DNA of 64,000 nt, taken from NCBI RefSeq assembly GCF_964355755.1, contig NC_092672.1, positions 2,914,001 through 2,978,000 of the forward strand, in the 5' to 3' direction. Shown here one piece after another: positions 12,701-24,235 of this stretch. Origin of the DNA: Antedon mediterranea. Lineage: Eukaryota > Animalia > Echinodermata. The notes under the pieces are model-generated. The model had not been told where the DNA came from, did no database searches, and saw nothing but the letters and a program-made list of their open reading frames with translations. A program made the translations under genes and the position numbers. Within the stretch, counting starts at the first letter, position 1. Each line of letters begins with the position of its first letter.

Positions 12701-15700
12701 GGGTCACATTCAGAATGTTTTAATACTTTTCGCCCGTCAAAAATTAAACATCGCGACAAAATAACAGATCGCCAGCAGCTGCAGTAGAGTGTCATTGTGA
12801 AAAATGTCGCGTGATCGTACTCCCTAGCAAAATAAAAAACCCAATTGGACTCGAACGGGGGAAAGTGTCTATTTACGCAAAATTGCGCAATGTATACGTG
12901 ATAAAAATACCAGAAATAGAAAGATCTGGAAAAATTACATAAATTTACATTTTACTTTTTTTTTTTGGTGAAGAAATGAATTTTTTAGGATTATTCAAAT
13001 ATACCCCCCTTTTGCATGTAAAAGAATAGGAAATTACAAGGTATCCCCCCAAAACGCAAAAAGGCGTGATTTTCAAGAAAATCGTACTCATTGAAAAAAA
13101 ATTCTAAAAAATATGAAGTATAAGGGATGATATTTTTAAATAATAGTTGAAATGTATGAAAAATAGTAATTTTCTGAGTGGAGCTCCACTTTAAGTAATT
13201 AAGAAGTCCTTTATACACATGGATAAAGACGGTTTTAACGTTATTTACAAACATTACGTTACGTACTGTGTCCAGGTATGAAATCCATTTCTCCAAAAAG
13301 ACATAAACGCACTTGAAGAGGACAACGTCATGCGACAAATCAAATTCCAGCTATCCATTCTTATTCATATGAAGATTGTTTAAAGTTTCTTGGCCTAACA
13401 ACCCTGTATGACAGACGAATTCATGGTGACTTGATTGAAAATTTTCAAAAGATTTCGAGGGTGTAGCCAAGGAAGACTTCCTTCAAATGAGATGCAATCT
13501 AAGCAGAAATACACGAGGACATCAGCTTAGACTTTTTAAACCTAAACTTCACAAAGGACTGATAGGAGATCCACTTTTTCACAATTAGTAATTATATATT
13601 TTAATAGTTTGCCAACCAAAGTCGTCATTTCTGAAACTACCAACACATTTAAAAACCGATTGGATTCGTTGTAGAAATGAGGTTAAAAGGGTAAACAAAT
13701 TTACCTATCTAAACTATCAGAACCAATATTCTAAACACTGAGTGGATGATTGATCAATTCAAAATAGAATCATTGGTATAACATGAAACGCTGTTAAATT
13801 CATTGATAGGTTCTGCATGACATAGTCAGACTGATCACGAATCACACATAATACACAATATTCTTTCGAACTGACAGATGATAAGGAAGATCTTATATTT
13901 AAAGTAACAACTTATTGGAAGAAAAAAAACAGTAGAACTTAGAACTTCATGAGCCACTGAGAAAGCATCGCTCTGAACCTTTGCGGATTTCTATAAGGCA
14001 ACAGTTTCGATAAAGTATATAAAAACTGACAGAAAATCTGCTGATCAACCATTTGAGTATGATCATAGCCCAATTTTAATATCTTTAACCAAATATGACT
14101 TCACATATCTTGATGGATGGCGTTGAAATACCGACAGATGTTCCAGAAGAAAACTTACAGTAAAAACATGATGGTCATGCACTATAGGATGCAGTAAACA
14201 TGGCTGTAAACATTTGGTGACTATGCAAGTATTTATGCAAGTTACCTAGATATTTCATCATTTTGTTGTATTTGATCATTACATTGGAAAGGGGTGGATA
14301 AAAGCAGTGACACGATTGAAAGGATAGTCCCAATGTACTAATCTGTACTTCCGTATGTGTTTTGGGCCACACTCATCGGTTTGGAGGAGAACAAATATCA
14401 CAAAGTTTTTAGACATTCTTTATGTCAATAACAAAGAGCTTGCAATTATACATGAAAGTTGATGTTAATTAATGATATGCACTTTGTAACAGTAGCCTTC
14501 AAAAGTATGGACGATGTCTGGTATAGTGAACAATAAAGTGGTTGAAAACCTATTAAGAATAATCTAACCAGCTTCCATGCTATTACAGGTTGCAGCACGT
14601 CATTATTTGCTGGTTATGGGAAGAGGTCATACTAGAAATCATTTGTAACGCATCCACTCCTTGTAAATGGAATTGATTAAGATTAAGACTTTCCACGTAC
14701 AGTGTACACTAAAGTTTAATATTGCCAAATATATGGTACTCTTGAGCAGAACTGTATAATAACAGACTACTCTTTGGTGCTACCTCCATCTAGACTCAGT
14801 GACCATATACCATTAACACTAGTGATATATATTTCCCTTAAATATTAAGTATTTCACTTCACTCAATAAATATTTAAGTACCTGTATTTCTACTTCGGGA
14901 AACACTTAAAATTAAAAAAACTCGCCTATGGTGAATACAGACATCATAGAACCTAAACATACGAGCCAACTATCAGGAGGCCTATGTGGCCTAAATGAAT
15001 CGCGTCGTTTGGAAGCCCCTAACCCAGTAGTCAGTTTGGAACTTGTTACATGTGTATGTAAACTAAAGAGCCAGATGAAGTTGTTACAGAAAGCATGCAT
15101 ATGTGGTTGTGATTCAATCGTTTGCCGTTACCCAGATGGCTAGTAGGCATTATATATCAGTGCTTGAAGGAATACCCACCTCAGAGCGTTACCTCCTTCC
15201 ATCTCAGAAAAATTTCGAATATTGGCATGTGCCCATGCCGCCCATTACTCCCAACCCACAAACCCTCTGTGACCGTTTTTAAATGAAATTTAAGACATTC
15301 CAGTAGGCCTCCAATTTCGGTTATTTTGATACTCTAGGACTTATCCTCTCCATTCCTTGAACACCTTCCAGGAGTGACTCAAAAAGTTTAAAATCTTCCC
15401 AGTACAATTCTGGTCTTTTTGACACCACACTATAACCATCAGCTCCAGGCTATCATGAAAATTATATTTATTTCAATTATTAATACCGATAATTAACAGG
15501 TATGTGCTCTATTTGACCTTATGACCTTGAAAATGACCTTTAAACTTGTAAGTTGAAAAATTGATGAACTTCAGCATCTACAGCAATATGTCAATAATGA
15601 TCCAATAATGGTTACATTTCTTTTAATTAGCTTATATGTTGTTGAAAACAGCTTAAACCTCTATTTTACCATATTTGATCTTATAACCTTGAAAATGACC

Positions 15701-18700
15701 TTTGACCTGAAATTTGAGAGCGGCATCCACCCCTATCTTTTTTGTCATCCCATAAGGGATATATTCCACATGGTTGCCTGCTATTAACAGAAAATGCCCC
15801 CCATGATGAAAAAGCTCACATTGGCCGCCCTACTATACTGTATAGTTACAGTAGTACCATTTTTTGGGGATAAGAACAATCTTTTGTGTCAAAGAAATGA
15901 TTTGGACACTAAAATATATACTGTACACTATGTGTGTGTACAGAGAAAAATTTCATTTTAAAATTTTGTTTAGCATTATTGCTAATTAAACTGATTTTTG
16001 AGTCAAGAAACATAGTTTTCTATTGTATTTTTTGCTAAGCAATTTTAGAAATGTATAGCAATAAGGTTGTTTTGTATAGCTTTTTGCTATGCTACACTGG
16101 CGAAATTATTCCCTGGTGTGTGTTTAATTTTTAAGATTTTCCCAAAAATAACTGTACATAAAGCAGATAGAGGTCTATGTGAAAAATATATTTCAGGTGA
16201 GTTTAGAATGAAAATCTATAGTAATATTAATGATATGGTGACACGTCTGAATAAATTTGTATGGTGGCCGATTTATTATCTAGGATCAAAAGCAAGATTA
16301 TATTCCTTAATCACATTAACCATATCAAATGCTTACAGAATACTGGGGTATACGGTAGTTTCCATGGTTACAATCAACTCATAAATTAATTCAAATTTAC
16401 TTTGATTTAAATCATTTTTGCGTGTGTGTAGTTTTATGCAATCACATGTATCACTATAAACTGATGCGCTAGCTTCTTGTGTCGCATTGACATTTAAAGT
16501 TCACCAAACACTCCTTAACGAGACATACAGTAGCGTTTTATTTTAAATTCAAATATCCTACAATTTGAAATATTACGTCAGTTTTTATGCATTATTATGC
16601 TTACAACTGCGCCACTTGCTGTTTATTATTGCCAAAAATTGGAATTCTCCCAACCACTTACCTAACGAGACATAACGTTTTATTTTAAATTCAAATATCC
16701 TACAATTTTAAATATTGCGTCAGTTTATGCATTATTACTGTACAGTAACTGCGTCACTCTAACTTGCTGTTTATTATTGACAATTGGAATTCTCCCAACC
16801 ACTTCTTAACGTTTTATTTTAAATTGTCCTATAACAAAATATCCTACGATTTAAAGCAGTTGAAATTTTCTTGTCTCATTGACATTTGGAAATTCACCCA
16901 CAACTCTTCAATGAGATCTAAAATTACATTTTTAAATTATCCTATACAAAATATCCTCTAATATTTAATAAAGTATTGCAATTTTATTGTCTCACTCTCA
17001 TTGAGATTCACCCACTGTTCAATGAGATCTAATATTTCATTTTTAAATTATCCTAAGATTTAAAGCATTGCATTGGTTTGTATGCAACACATCTATCATT
17101 ATTAACTGCACTAAACTCCTTCTATCTCATTGGCATTTGTTTTGACTCATTAATGGCAAAAGCACATTACCGATTCATTATAATAGAGAATAAGTAATAT
17201 AATACTGCTTTTATGTGAACCAAACTACAGGCCTTGTCTTTTGAAAATCATAGGTGTGCTACAAATTGCACTACATTCAGGGGTGCTGTAGGTGTGCTGT
17301 TTGTATTTTTGTGTGTAGAAGTTTACCAAATTATAGCGTGTTGTTGTAAATCGCACTCCTCAAGAGTAGTTTAGGAGTGTGTAGGTGAGTGCGAGGCCTG
17401 AAACTAAAATATTAAGCTCTGTCCACACTATCAAACTTTATGTGACAATAAATGTGATGTGTTCTTATATGGAGATGATATCATATTACTACCATATTTG
17501 GGCATATCACCACCATATTTGGGTACATCACACTTTTTTGTCAAACTAGTTTGATAGTGTAAACAGAGCTTAAGATACTGATGTTTTAGGTCTCACAAGG
17601 TAACAAAATAGCTATGATGAATAAAATAATGCTAAATTTAATGACGGAAACTCTATCTGACAAGATTGTTGATAATGTGCTATTTAAAGTAGATGACAAC
17701 CTTTTTGATACTAAACTACTGATGACGTTTATATTAAATAAAGTAAGCATACTGTTTTCCGAATTTTTTTGGTGGATTATTATCGATGAAAATTTTATTT
17801 ACAAAATAGCGGTAAATAGTAAATTTCTATGTTATTTAATTACTTTTTGTTTCTTTTTCAAATTATTATGTTTTTTTTTTTGCACCGCACCGCATGTTGT
17901 GAGTGCAACCGATCCAAAGGTGAATGGGTCATTCAACAAATAAATAAAATAAATTTATATACACATACATATCTACTTTAAGTATCCAATGTCACAGCAC
18001 AGTGGTTGTATGTGGACACTCGTTTAATAGCTAGAAACTCAGTAGATATACTGTATGTATTAATTATAAATTATTTCTAAAATTACTGTAGATGAGTCAG
18101 TGTGTTTAAACTTAAACCTAGGAACAAATATTATTTATTAAATTTTTTAAGTTCCAGACTTTTTTTTAAAAGGTTATTTAAAAGGTTCATAAAGAGTGAG
18201 AACCATGTTATAATAGCACATTAACAACTACAGTACTGTATACTATTTATTATATAATATTGCTCTGAATTACTGTCTGAATTAAATCATAAATACAGAA
18301 CATACTTTATAGTTCAAAACAAATGCTAGAATTGTCACTGTCATGGTGTGTCTGTAGAGAGCAGGCCTAATGCGAATTTTCTTTTTTAATGAGGATCATA
18401 AAATATAATTTTGTTATGTACAATATCTATAAATCAACTATACCTTAATAAAAATAGTTTGTTTTTAATTTACTGTATTATTATTTTTACACTATTTATG
18501 GTTTAGGACTTCAATTCAATTCATCGACATTTTTATGTCGTTATTATAACTTAATACAGTTAACATTACATAACCAGCCTGTTAGTGGCAATGAAATAAA
18601 TAAATAATAAAAATTCTCAAATGTTGATTTAATCAAATAAAGTATTGAATAATTTAAAATACTGTACTAATACAGTACTAGCACAGACTTCCTTTTCCAA

Positions 18701-21700
18701 TACATTTTAATATAAAGCAAAATCAATACATTTCACAGTTATCTATTCTGTAAATGTTTAATTTTAGTTTCTCTTCTCATGCCTTTAATTTATTCAATTC
18801 ATGTCATTTTGAATTAAATATCCTCGATGGATATGTGAGTGTATCAGGTTGCTTGAATATTAGTAATATAACACTCTATCTCATTTACATGAGTAACAAC
18901 GCAATAATCAACACACTATGTGTTTATGCTAAATAGTTTGTTATAATCTAGATCAGTCAATTCAACTTTTATCGGAGCAAATATGTAGTACTAGTAGTTA
19001 GCGGAAATATTTATTGTCTTGCGCTCTCTCATACACTACGCCTTTGATCAGTTACTGCTGGAATTGGCGCGTTATAAATTCGTACTATTATTAATAACTG
19101 CTATAGCAGCACTTAATATTGTGTTCTTAAACAATCTTAATCAGATAGGAGTGATAAAATACAGTTAGTAACTACAGTAGTTTGTATAATAAAATAAAAC
19201 ACAGTGGGTCTGTTTCTGCTACATAACACAAATTAACCGTTTATTTTAAAATGGATTAAAAATAACAAGACCGCGTTTCTGTTCAATTTGTGCTTCGAAA
19301 TAAATCAGGATGGTCTTTAAAAAAAATCGTTAGAATTACCCACAATACAATTGGTCCTGGCAGTTAATTCAAACGTTACAGCCGTATAATTGACACGGGG
19401 TCAGCAGCTGTCAATCAAATAACTGTTATTTTGTGTTGCAGCTAAAAGTTGCCCAGCAATAACCGGTTAAATGGCGTTCTAACACCGACTTGTATGGGTC
19501 TTTTTAACCGGTTACAGTATTTTGCACTGCCTTTTAATTGGTTACCACAAATTTGTCCTGTTTCTGCTCCCAAAAAAATGGAGTTAATTTATTCACACCG
19601 ATTTTAACCGGTTATTTTTATGCAGCTGAAACATCATGAGTGTAATTAGAGAGATTTCGATAATGCGACGATCGAGGACCAACCTAGGTCAGGTCAATCG
19701 AAACACACATTCGATGGCTTCTACTGTAGTACCAGACAACACTTTGATTGACCTGAACTCTGAACTACAGTTGGTCGTTGAATGCTGCAAATTCGAAGCT
19801 TCATAGTATTGAATATTATTGAACTGTACTGTAAGCATCATTACATTTATTTGTCTTTAATTATTATTATTACAGTATTAACAATTTAAACGACTTTGTG
19901 AGATTGCCAGTAACAGAAATAAGTGGCTTTTGTTATTTTGAATCATTATTTTTACGTTATTTTCTATTTTTTGTTTTTGTAAGAAACATGCATGTAAATA
20001 ACTTATCAGATTTTGTAATCTACAGTGCATGGTTTTGTTACATTTTTGGAAATAAAGTTATATTATAATAATATATATATTAACAACGTAGTTGGAAAAC
20101 ATCATTTTTTAAGATATAAAACAGTGTCAACTAAACTATTCTGTTGTACTGTAGTATGCAGAAAGCCTATAGTCATTTTTACTCGGGGTAACCGAGTCTA
20201 GTACTTACTCATTTTCTCCTCCACCATCTGGACACTATTGAGTAAAAAGTGCAATTTTTAAAGTACTACTCCTCCCTTATTAGTTGTAGTATTGAGCTGG
20301 GATTTAGCATGAATATACTACAGGGACATGTCCTCAAATCTATAGATTTTTAGATTTCAAACCGGATGCAGCCATATAACGTCTCGAAAATGGTACCATA
20401 TAGCCGTATTTGGTAGGTTATTGATGTGTATGTGACGTCACATCCCGTCTTATGACGTCATTACAGCTTCATTTGCTGTACCCCGAGTATCGCACATTCG
20501 TGCTTTTTACTCGGGGTACCCGAGTCTAGTTTGTTAATTAATTTGTTTAATTAAGAAGCCACAATGTGTGACACACCACACAGCGTAAGGTAGTTATATG
20601 CGGCTTCTTGGCGTAGTGGTTATCACGTTTGCTTAACACGCAGAAGGTACCTGGTTCGAGCCCGGGCGAAACCTTTTTTTTTTTAATTTTATGGTGAAAA
20701 GTACTGTATACGCAATATGATAATTATACACAGTATATCTTATTTTTATTATTTTTTTAAATAACTATTTTGTGTAATCGGTAATTATCCCTTTTATACA
20801 TGTTTATTTTGCTTTGTGCTTATTACCATATTTATTTGTAATTTAAATGGATTAAAAAACTTTGTGTAACCCACATTTTTAGTATAAGAGGTTTTGTAGT
20901 GTAGTGGTTGTCAAGTCTGCTTAACAACACGCAGAAGGTCCCGGTTGTTCGAGCCCTGGCGAAACCTATTTTTCTTTAACTTTATGGTGAAATATACTGT
21001 ATATGTAATATGATATAGAGTATATCTCGTTTTATTACTCGGGGTACCTGAGTCTAGGACTCTCATCTTTTCCTCTTCTTCTACCATCCAGACACTATTG
21101 AGCAAAAAGTGTGATTTATAAAGTACTACTCCCCCCTTATTCGTTGTAGTATTGAGCTCGGATTTAGCATGAATATACTACAGGGACATGTCCTCAAAGC
21201 TATAGAGCCGGATTTTTTAATTTCAAACCGGATGCAGCCATATCACGTCTCGAAGATGGTACCGTATAGCCGTATTCGGTAGCGTGGTTAGTGATGTGTA
21301 TGTGACGTTACATCCGGTCTTATGACGTCATTACAGCTTTTTCGCTGTACCCCGAGTATTGCACATTCGTGCTTGTTCATTATAATGACTGTCCTTTATT
21401 ATTAACAATATGCACAGTTACTCTATTTTATAAATAAAATAAATATGGTTATCAATGATTGATATCCAGGTGGAAGTGGATGGAAATCTGTTTTTGAAAA
21501 ATAACATCATATGGTGAAATTGTAATGAAAAGAATTTAATAACATCATTATTATTACTGTACGTCCTGAGAGTCTATTATTCAGGAATATTTCTTTCTCC
21601 TGTGAATTATATTTTATCTCTTACTTTTTGAAAATGACATGGTTTTGTTTAGAAAATTCATCAGCAAGCAACATTGGTATTGTATCATAATACTTTACGA

Positions 21701-23707
21701 CTTCAAAACCAATAGACCGTAATATATATCTGAGCATGCTCAGTCATTTTAAATCGGTTTTGTAAAGTACTGTAGCTTCTAGAACCATGTTAAATTTTCT
21801 TAATAGGGACTTTTATATTTTCGACTGCTACCCTACAGTATTACTGTATGTCATTTGAATGATATGCGCTAGGCGACTGGGAAGACGACTGGTACGTCAA
21901 CCTGGCAAATTTTAGCGCTTGTTCAGTGGCATTTAAACGTTCGCTTTCTGACCAGTGGACGTATGACGTCATAACATTGCAAAAGTCATGGCCGAGAATC
22001 TCGCAATGATTTTCTGAGAATGTGAAGATGTGAAAGTGAATTTCAGTCAAATTATATTTCCAAAGTTTGCATTATTGATTGGTATTGTTTATTTTAAATA
22101 AAGCCTTCAATATAATACAAGTTATGGCCTGTGTCTTATCACTAAGACGCCAGCCTTTCTTCAGAAAATTAAGGATCTAGGCTAGGCCTAAGCTACACAC
22201 TTAGCCTGGCCTAAGCCTGTTAACCAAGGGACAACTTTCGGACCCAACAAACCATTGTAAAGCTTTATAAATAGGGGTTAGCCTTGGAACATATCATATT
22301 AACATGAAAGTATCCAAAAAGATGTTTTTTTTGTAATAGTCAAAGCACTGACTTCTCAATAATTTATACTGTGATGCTTATGATGTTAATGTACTATACA
22401 TGAATACTATGTTAATAATAATTAGCTCTAAGCTATCAATCCATTAGTTGTGTAAATAGCTGATTAAACATTTGCCCTAACAGCTTTCATCTGGACGCTA
22501 AAAATCATGTTTGATGTACAGTATGTGTGGCTGTTACGCTCTATGAATTCTAAAATCAAACACAATATTATGTGTGTAAATATACAGCATGTGGCGGGGA
22601 GTTTATTAGAGGGTGAAGGTTGAATATTCCAAATGATATTTTTTATAGGAGACGGAGTTAAAATAAATGCGGTACAGTAGGCCTATTCAATTGGTATACT
22701 AACTGTAATCTACACATTATTTAGTTTAAAGCTTGTAAAACTTGATGAAACACCACGCATTGTCATCAGTGGACCGTTTCGGGAAAGACATTTTAAATGG
22801 CTTGCAACATGGCTCAAAGGGCGCGACCGTCACCAGAGGAGGAGCAAAGCTTTAAATTGAAGGTTGTTCTTATTTACTTCAGATGGGGGTTCACACTAAA
22901 CGCCCCTTTCATCTTGGATCACCATTGTCATGTTATGCAAGCAATAATTATTATAAAATACTTACTGTGAACGATTGTTGGAATCATCATTTTCTGTAAC
23001 ACCTTCTTTGGCAATTAAAAGTTTTCGAAATGCATTTACTTTTTGTTCTATTTCTTCTTCAGTGCACCTGAAATATGTATTTTATACTATTATATTTATG
23101 TCAACTTCATCACTGCTTACTTGATGCAATAAAGGAAATAAATAAAATAAAAATAAAAAAATAAAATAAAATAAAGTATACATGCCAAAAACTAAAAACT
23201 CCCTGGGGTGCATTTAAAGTTACTGAAATGACCCCGTCCAACTTTTACATTTACATACGCCAAGAAAAACATACAAAAAAAACAAGGAAGTCCATGGAGT
23301 ACTGTATGTATTGTTCTAGAATTGTGAAGTGAACTTTCAGATATACCGTAAACAAAGGATTTGATGAGAAATAAATCGTTATCCAGTGGCGTGTATGAAT
23401 GACTACAGTAGAGGACATTCCGAGTGCGTACAAATTTTGTAATACACAGTCTTTGTTACTTGACTTACCCTTGTTCTTGCATAATCTCTTTCATTTCAAC
23501 ACATTTTAATTCAACCTTTCTTTTCTTCTCATGATTCAATATCTCAATGTTGCCTTTACGATTCATCAACGCATCCATTTGTTTTAGTTCATCCTCAGTT
23601 TTGTAGTTTACTTTATCTTTATGGTTGCGAACCACTGCAAAGTTACGGGTGACAAATCCATTTGTCCCGCTGCCCCTTGCAGTCGTCAGCCCGATACCAT
23701 TGTACAT
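680..23707 (-). CDS. SRRM2: SRRM2/SRm300-like serine/arginine repetitive matrix protein (Srrm2/3/4 orthologue, N-terminal cwf21 domain); 5' part, gene continues beyond the left edge
   Basis: Joined exons 23469-23707, 22966-23067, 10611-10769, 9864-9944, 9334-9360, 7066-7128, 2758-2793, 680-715 (all GT-AG, all phase 2) read in frame: MYNGIGLTTARGSGTNGFVTRN...HEKKRKVELKC...EEEIEQKVNAFRKLL...ETHQLAEAKEKQNAKLREAFGIGDNYVDGSSFDP, then K/R/S/H-rich exons. This matches the SRRM2/Cwc21 N-terminus as I recall it. Confidence 0.95.
995..1510. repeat. 55-bp minisatellite, ~9.5 copies
   Basis: Unit CAGTACTGACTAGGGTATGAGGTCACCTAAAACATGGATCAATGAGGGGTATGTA; period 55 (units start at 1181 and 1236). Confidence 0.97.
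1511..1651. mobile_element. MITE family A copy (TIR AGCTCTGTCTACACTATCAAAC; TAA/TTA flanks, PIF/Harbinger-like)
   Basis: Terminal inverted repeats; six related copies in the window. Confidence 0.8.
1911..2055. mobile_element. MITE family A copy
   Basis: AGCTCTGTCTACACTATCAAAC...TTTGATAGTGTAGACAGAGCT. Confidence 0.85.
2758..2793 (-). CDS. SRRM2: SRRM2 36-nt exon (IESSTHNSKPH)
   Basis: CTTTTTCTCCTAG acceptor, GTAAGT donor, phase 2-2, open frame. Confidence 0.65.
5592..5847. mobile_element. Degenerate MITE with CACTGTG...CACAGTG termini
   Basis: Inverted ends CACTGTGCGTTCAA / TTGAGCACACAGTG plus inner ATGGAAC/GTTCCAT; no clean TSD. Confidence 0.5.
7066..7128 (-). CDS. SRRM2: SRRM2 63-nt exon (SESESPVRKERKKSHKRKKD)
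   Basis: TTTTTTTAG acceptor, GTAAAG donor, phase 2-2. Confidence 0.85.
7547..7932. mobile_element. CAGTA...TACTG-ended (Tc1/mariner-like) MITE hosting a family B MITE
   Basis: TA-CAGTAAAACCC...GGGACAC at left and GTTCTACTG at right; interrupted at CCCTTAA. Confidence 0.5.
7659..7853. mobile_element. MITE family B (palindromic, TIR AGGGCATTTCACACCTGTTCC)
   Basis: Long inverted arms; second copy at 54122-54301. Confidence 0.85.
8220..8295 (-). mobile_element. tRNA-derived SINE head fragment
   Basis: Minus strand has A box TGGCTTGGTGG and B-box-like GGTTTAAGTCC, but no intact cloverleaf. Confidence 0.5.
8600..9040 (+). mobile_element. Old CORE-like SINE with L2-type tail, interrupted by a MITE (8708-8880)
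   Basis: B-box-like GAGTTCAACACC, central CCATCCAGGTGTAAATGGGTACC, tail TGTGAAGCACTTTGAG...AAGCGCTA. The inserted MITE has a relative at ~14798-14945. Confidence 0.55.
9334..9360 (-). CDS. SRRM2: SRRM2 27-nt microexon (RRKRSKRD)
   Basis: CTAACAG acceptor, GTAATG donor, phase 2-2, basic composition like its neighbours. Confidence 0.7.
   Translation of the reverse strand, partial: TEETFKTR
9864..9944 (-). CDS. SRRM2: SRRM2 coding exon 4 (ILEEPDYEEEEKTSSKRKKKKSHSHS)
   Basis: TTTACAG acceptor, GTAAG donor, 81 nt, frame preserved. Confidence 0.88.
10126..10470 (+). mobile_element. Helentron-associated non-autonomous element (HINE/DINE-1-like), copy 1
   Basis: 5' subTIR with adjacent inverted repeat TACTCGGGGTACCCGAGT, 3' subTIR GTACCCCGAGTA, 3' hairpin GCACATTCGTGC then TTGTT; inserted in a T-run. 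Confidence 0.85.
10611..10769 (-). CDS. SRRM2: SRRM2 coding exon 3 (IMETHQLAEAKEKQNAKLREAFGIGDNYVDGSSFDPDRR...)
   Basis: TTTTTAG acceptor, GTAGG donor, 159 nt; conserved ETHQLA/AFGI/DGSSFDP motifs. Confidence 0.94.
11803..13190. mobile_element. Kolobok-like non-autonomous DNA transposon nested in a CR1 fragment
   Basis: TTAA-AGTGGAGCTACACTCAGA...TCTGAGTGGAGCTCCACT-TTAA: TTAA TSD and RR...YY termini. Confidence 0.8.
13191..13720 (+). mobile_element. CR1-clade LINE 3' fragment (RT C-terminal region, degraded)
   Basis: Interrupted translation IKKSFIHMDKDGFNVIYKHYV..YCVQV*NPFLQKDINALEE..QRHAT..FLGLTTLYDRRIHGDLIE..RNTRGHQLRLFKP. Confidence 0.8.
16480..17140. repeat. Degenerate tandem array (~100-140-bp units)
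   Basis: Recurring TTTTAAATT..AAATATCCTACAATTT and TTGACATTTGGAAATTCACC blocks. Confidence 0.6.
17228..17400. mobile_element. Small MITE with CAGGCCT termini
   Basis: CAGGCCTTG...CGAGGCCTG with AAACTA on both sides. Confidence 0.55.
17415..17570. mobile_element. MITE family A copy
   Basis: AGCTCTGTCCACACTATCAAAC...GTTTGATAGTGTAAACAGAGCT. Confidence 0.85.
19205..19635. mobile_element. Degenerate MITE with internal TAACCGGTTA palindromes
   Basis: Ends TGTTTCTGCTACATAA / TATGCAGCTGAAACA are inverted; repeated AACCGGTT motifs. Confidence 0.45.
20176..20530 (+). mobile_element. HINE copy 2, joined head-to-tail to the 5' end of a further unit
   Basis: Same family as 10126-10470; the 3' hairpin at ~20492-20503 is followed at once by TTTTTACTCGGGGTACCCGAGTCTAG. 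Confidence 0.85.
20602..20674 (+). tRNA. tRNA-Val(AAC), probably a pseudogene (two acceptor-stem mismatches)
   Basis: GGCTTCTTGGCGTAGTGGTTATCACGTTTGCTTAACACGCAGAAGGTACCTGGTTCGAGCCCGGGCGAAACC; A and B boxes, AAC anticodon, poly-T terminator. Confidence 0.7.
20890..20967 (+). pseudogene. tRNA-Val(AAC) pseudogene, tandem duplicate of 20602-20674
   Basis: Same body with small duplications in the anticodon loop (TTAACAACAC) and T-arm (GGTTGTTCGAG); shares the 3' flank TTTATGGTGAAA..TACTGTATA. Confidence 0.75.
21035..21377 (+). mobile_element. HINE copy 3
   Basis: Same subTIR and hairpin structure as 10126-10470. Confidence 0.85.
22966..23067 (-). CDS. SRRM2: SRRM2 coding exon 2 (CTEEEIEQKVNAFRKLLIAKEG...)
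   Basis: TTTCAG acceptor, GTAAG donor, 102 nt; continues the cwf21 domain. Confidence 0.94.
23469..23707 (-). CDS. SRRM2: SRRM2 coding exon 1 (MYNGIGL...EQG)
   Basis: ATG at 23707; donor GTAAG at 23468; acceptor AG at 23730-23731 implies an upstream UTR exon. Confidence 0.96.
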
Positions 23708-24062
23708 CTTGGCTTTCGTTACTTACAATCTACAATTTAAACAAATTTAAGATATATTCATTTTAGTTCTATCACCATCAAGACGTAATCAATAACAGTT
23801 TGGAATAGTCTATTTATAGAATAGTCCATTATCTTCCAAGGGATGATTTTCAAACATAATCGATCTACTTCATTTAAATTGACATCCCTGAGGTGAAATA
23901 ACAAATATTAATAAGAGCCAGAAATGAGTTAATGGAATTAAAACGATACAGTTTTCAAAAACTGAACATTACTTGTATTGAAATTTCTAATTTACAATTG
24001 TACTGTTTGTAATGCTACATTTGAAACTTGTATTTATAGTTTAACTACTGTACAATAACAAA

Positions 24063-24235
24063 GAATAATTTAAAAAAAAAATTCAATGACAAAAAGATCA
24101 ACGTTTCAGAACCATCATGGAACCATTGATGATGAGTAAAATTAACAGATTTACTTATTTCTTCTTGAGAATGGTTCCATGATGGTTCCGAAACGTCAAT
24201 CTTTTTTGTCAATAAATTTTATTTTAAAGTTATTC
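24063..24235. repeat. ~170-bp imperfect palindrome (ACGTTTC...GAAACGT), possibly Penelope-derived
   Basis: Arm GACAAAAAGATCAACGTTTCAGAACCATCATGGAACCATT and its near reverse complement around a ~40-bp spacer. Confidence 0.7.

Larger units (their letters stand above)
10928..15835 (+). mobile_element. Decayed Academ-like DNA transposon (~4.9 kb including nested inserts)
   Basis: TAGTAG...CTACTA termini, >100-bp imperfect TIRs (GGGGGGCATTTT..GTTAATAGCAGGCAACCATGT..), 3-bp TAC duplication. Broken coding remnants FHAITGCSTSLFAGYGKRS (~14571-14630) and a Cys-rich EAP..LELVTCVCK..CICGC..C tail (14928-15143). Confidence 0.72.

Noticed and set aside
14928-15143. Standalone small Cys-rich (metallothionein-like) gene
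   Set aside because: It lies inside the TIR-bounded element among broken transposase-like remnants and fits a transposase C-terminal Cys cluster.
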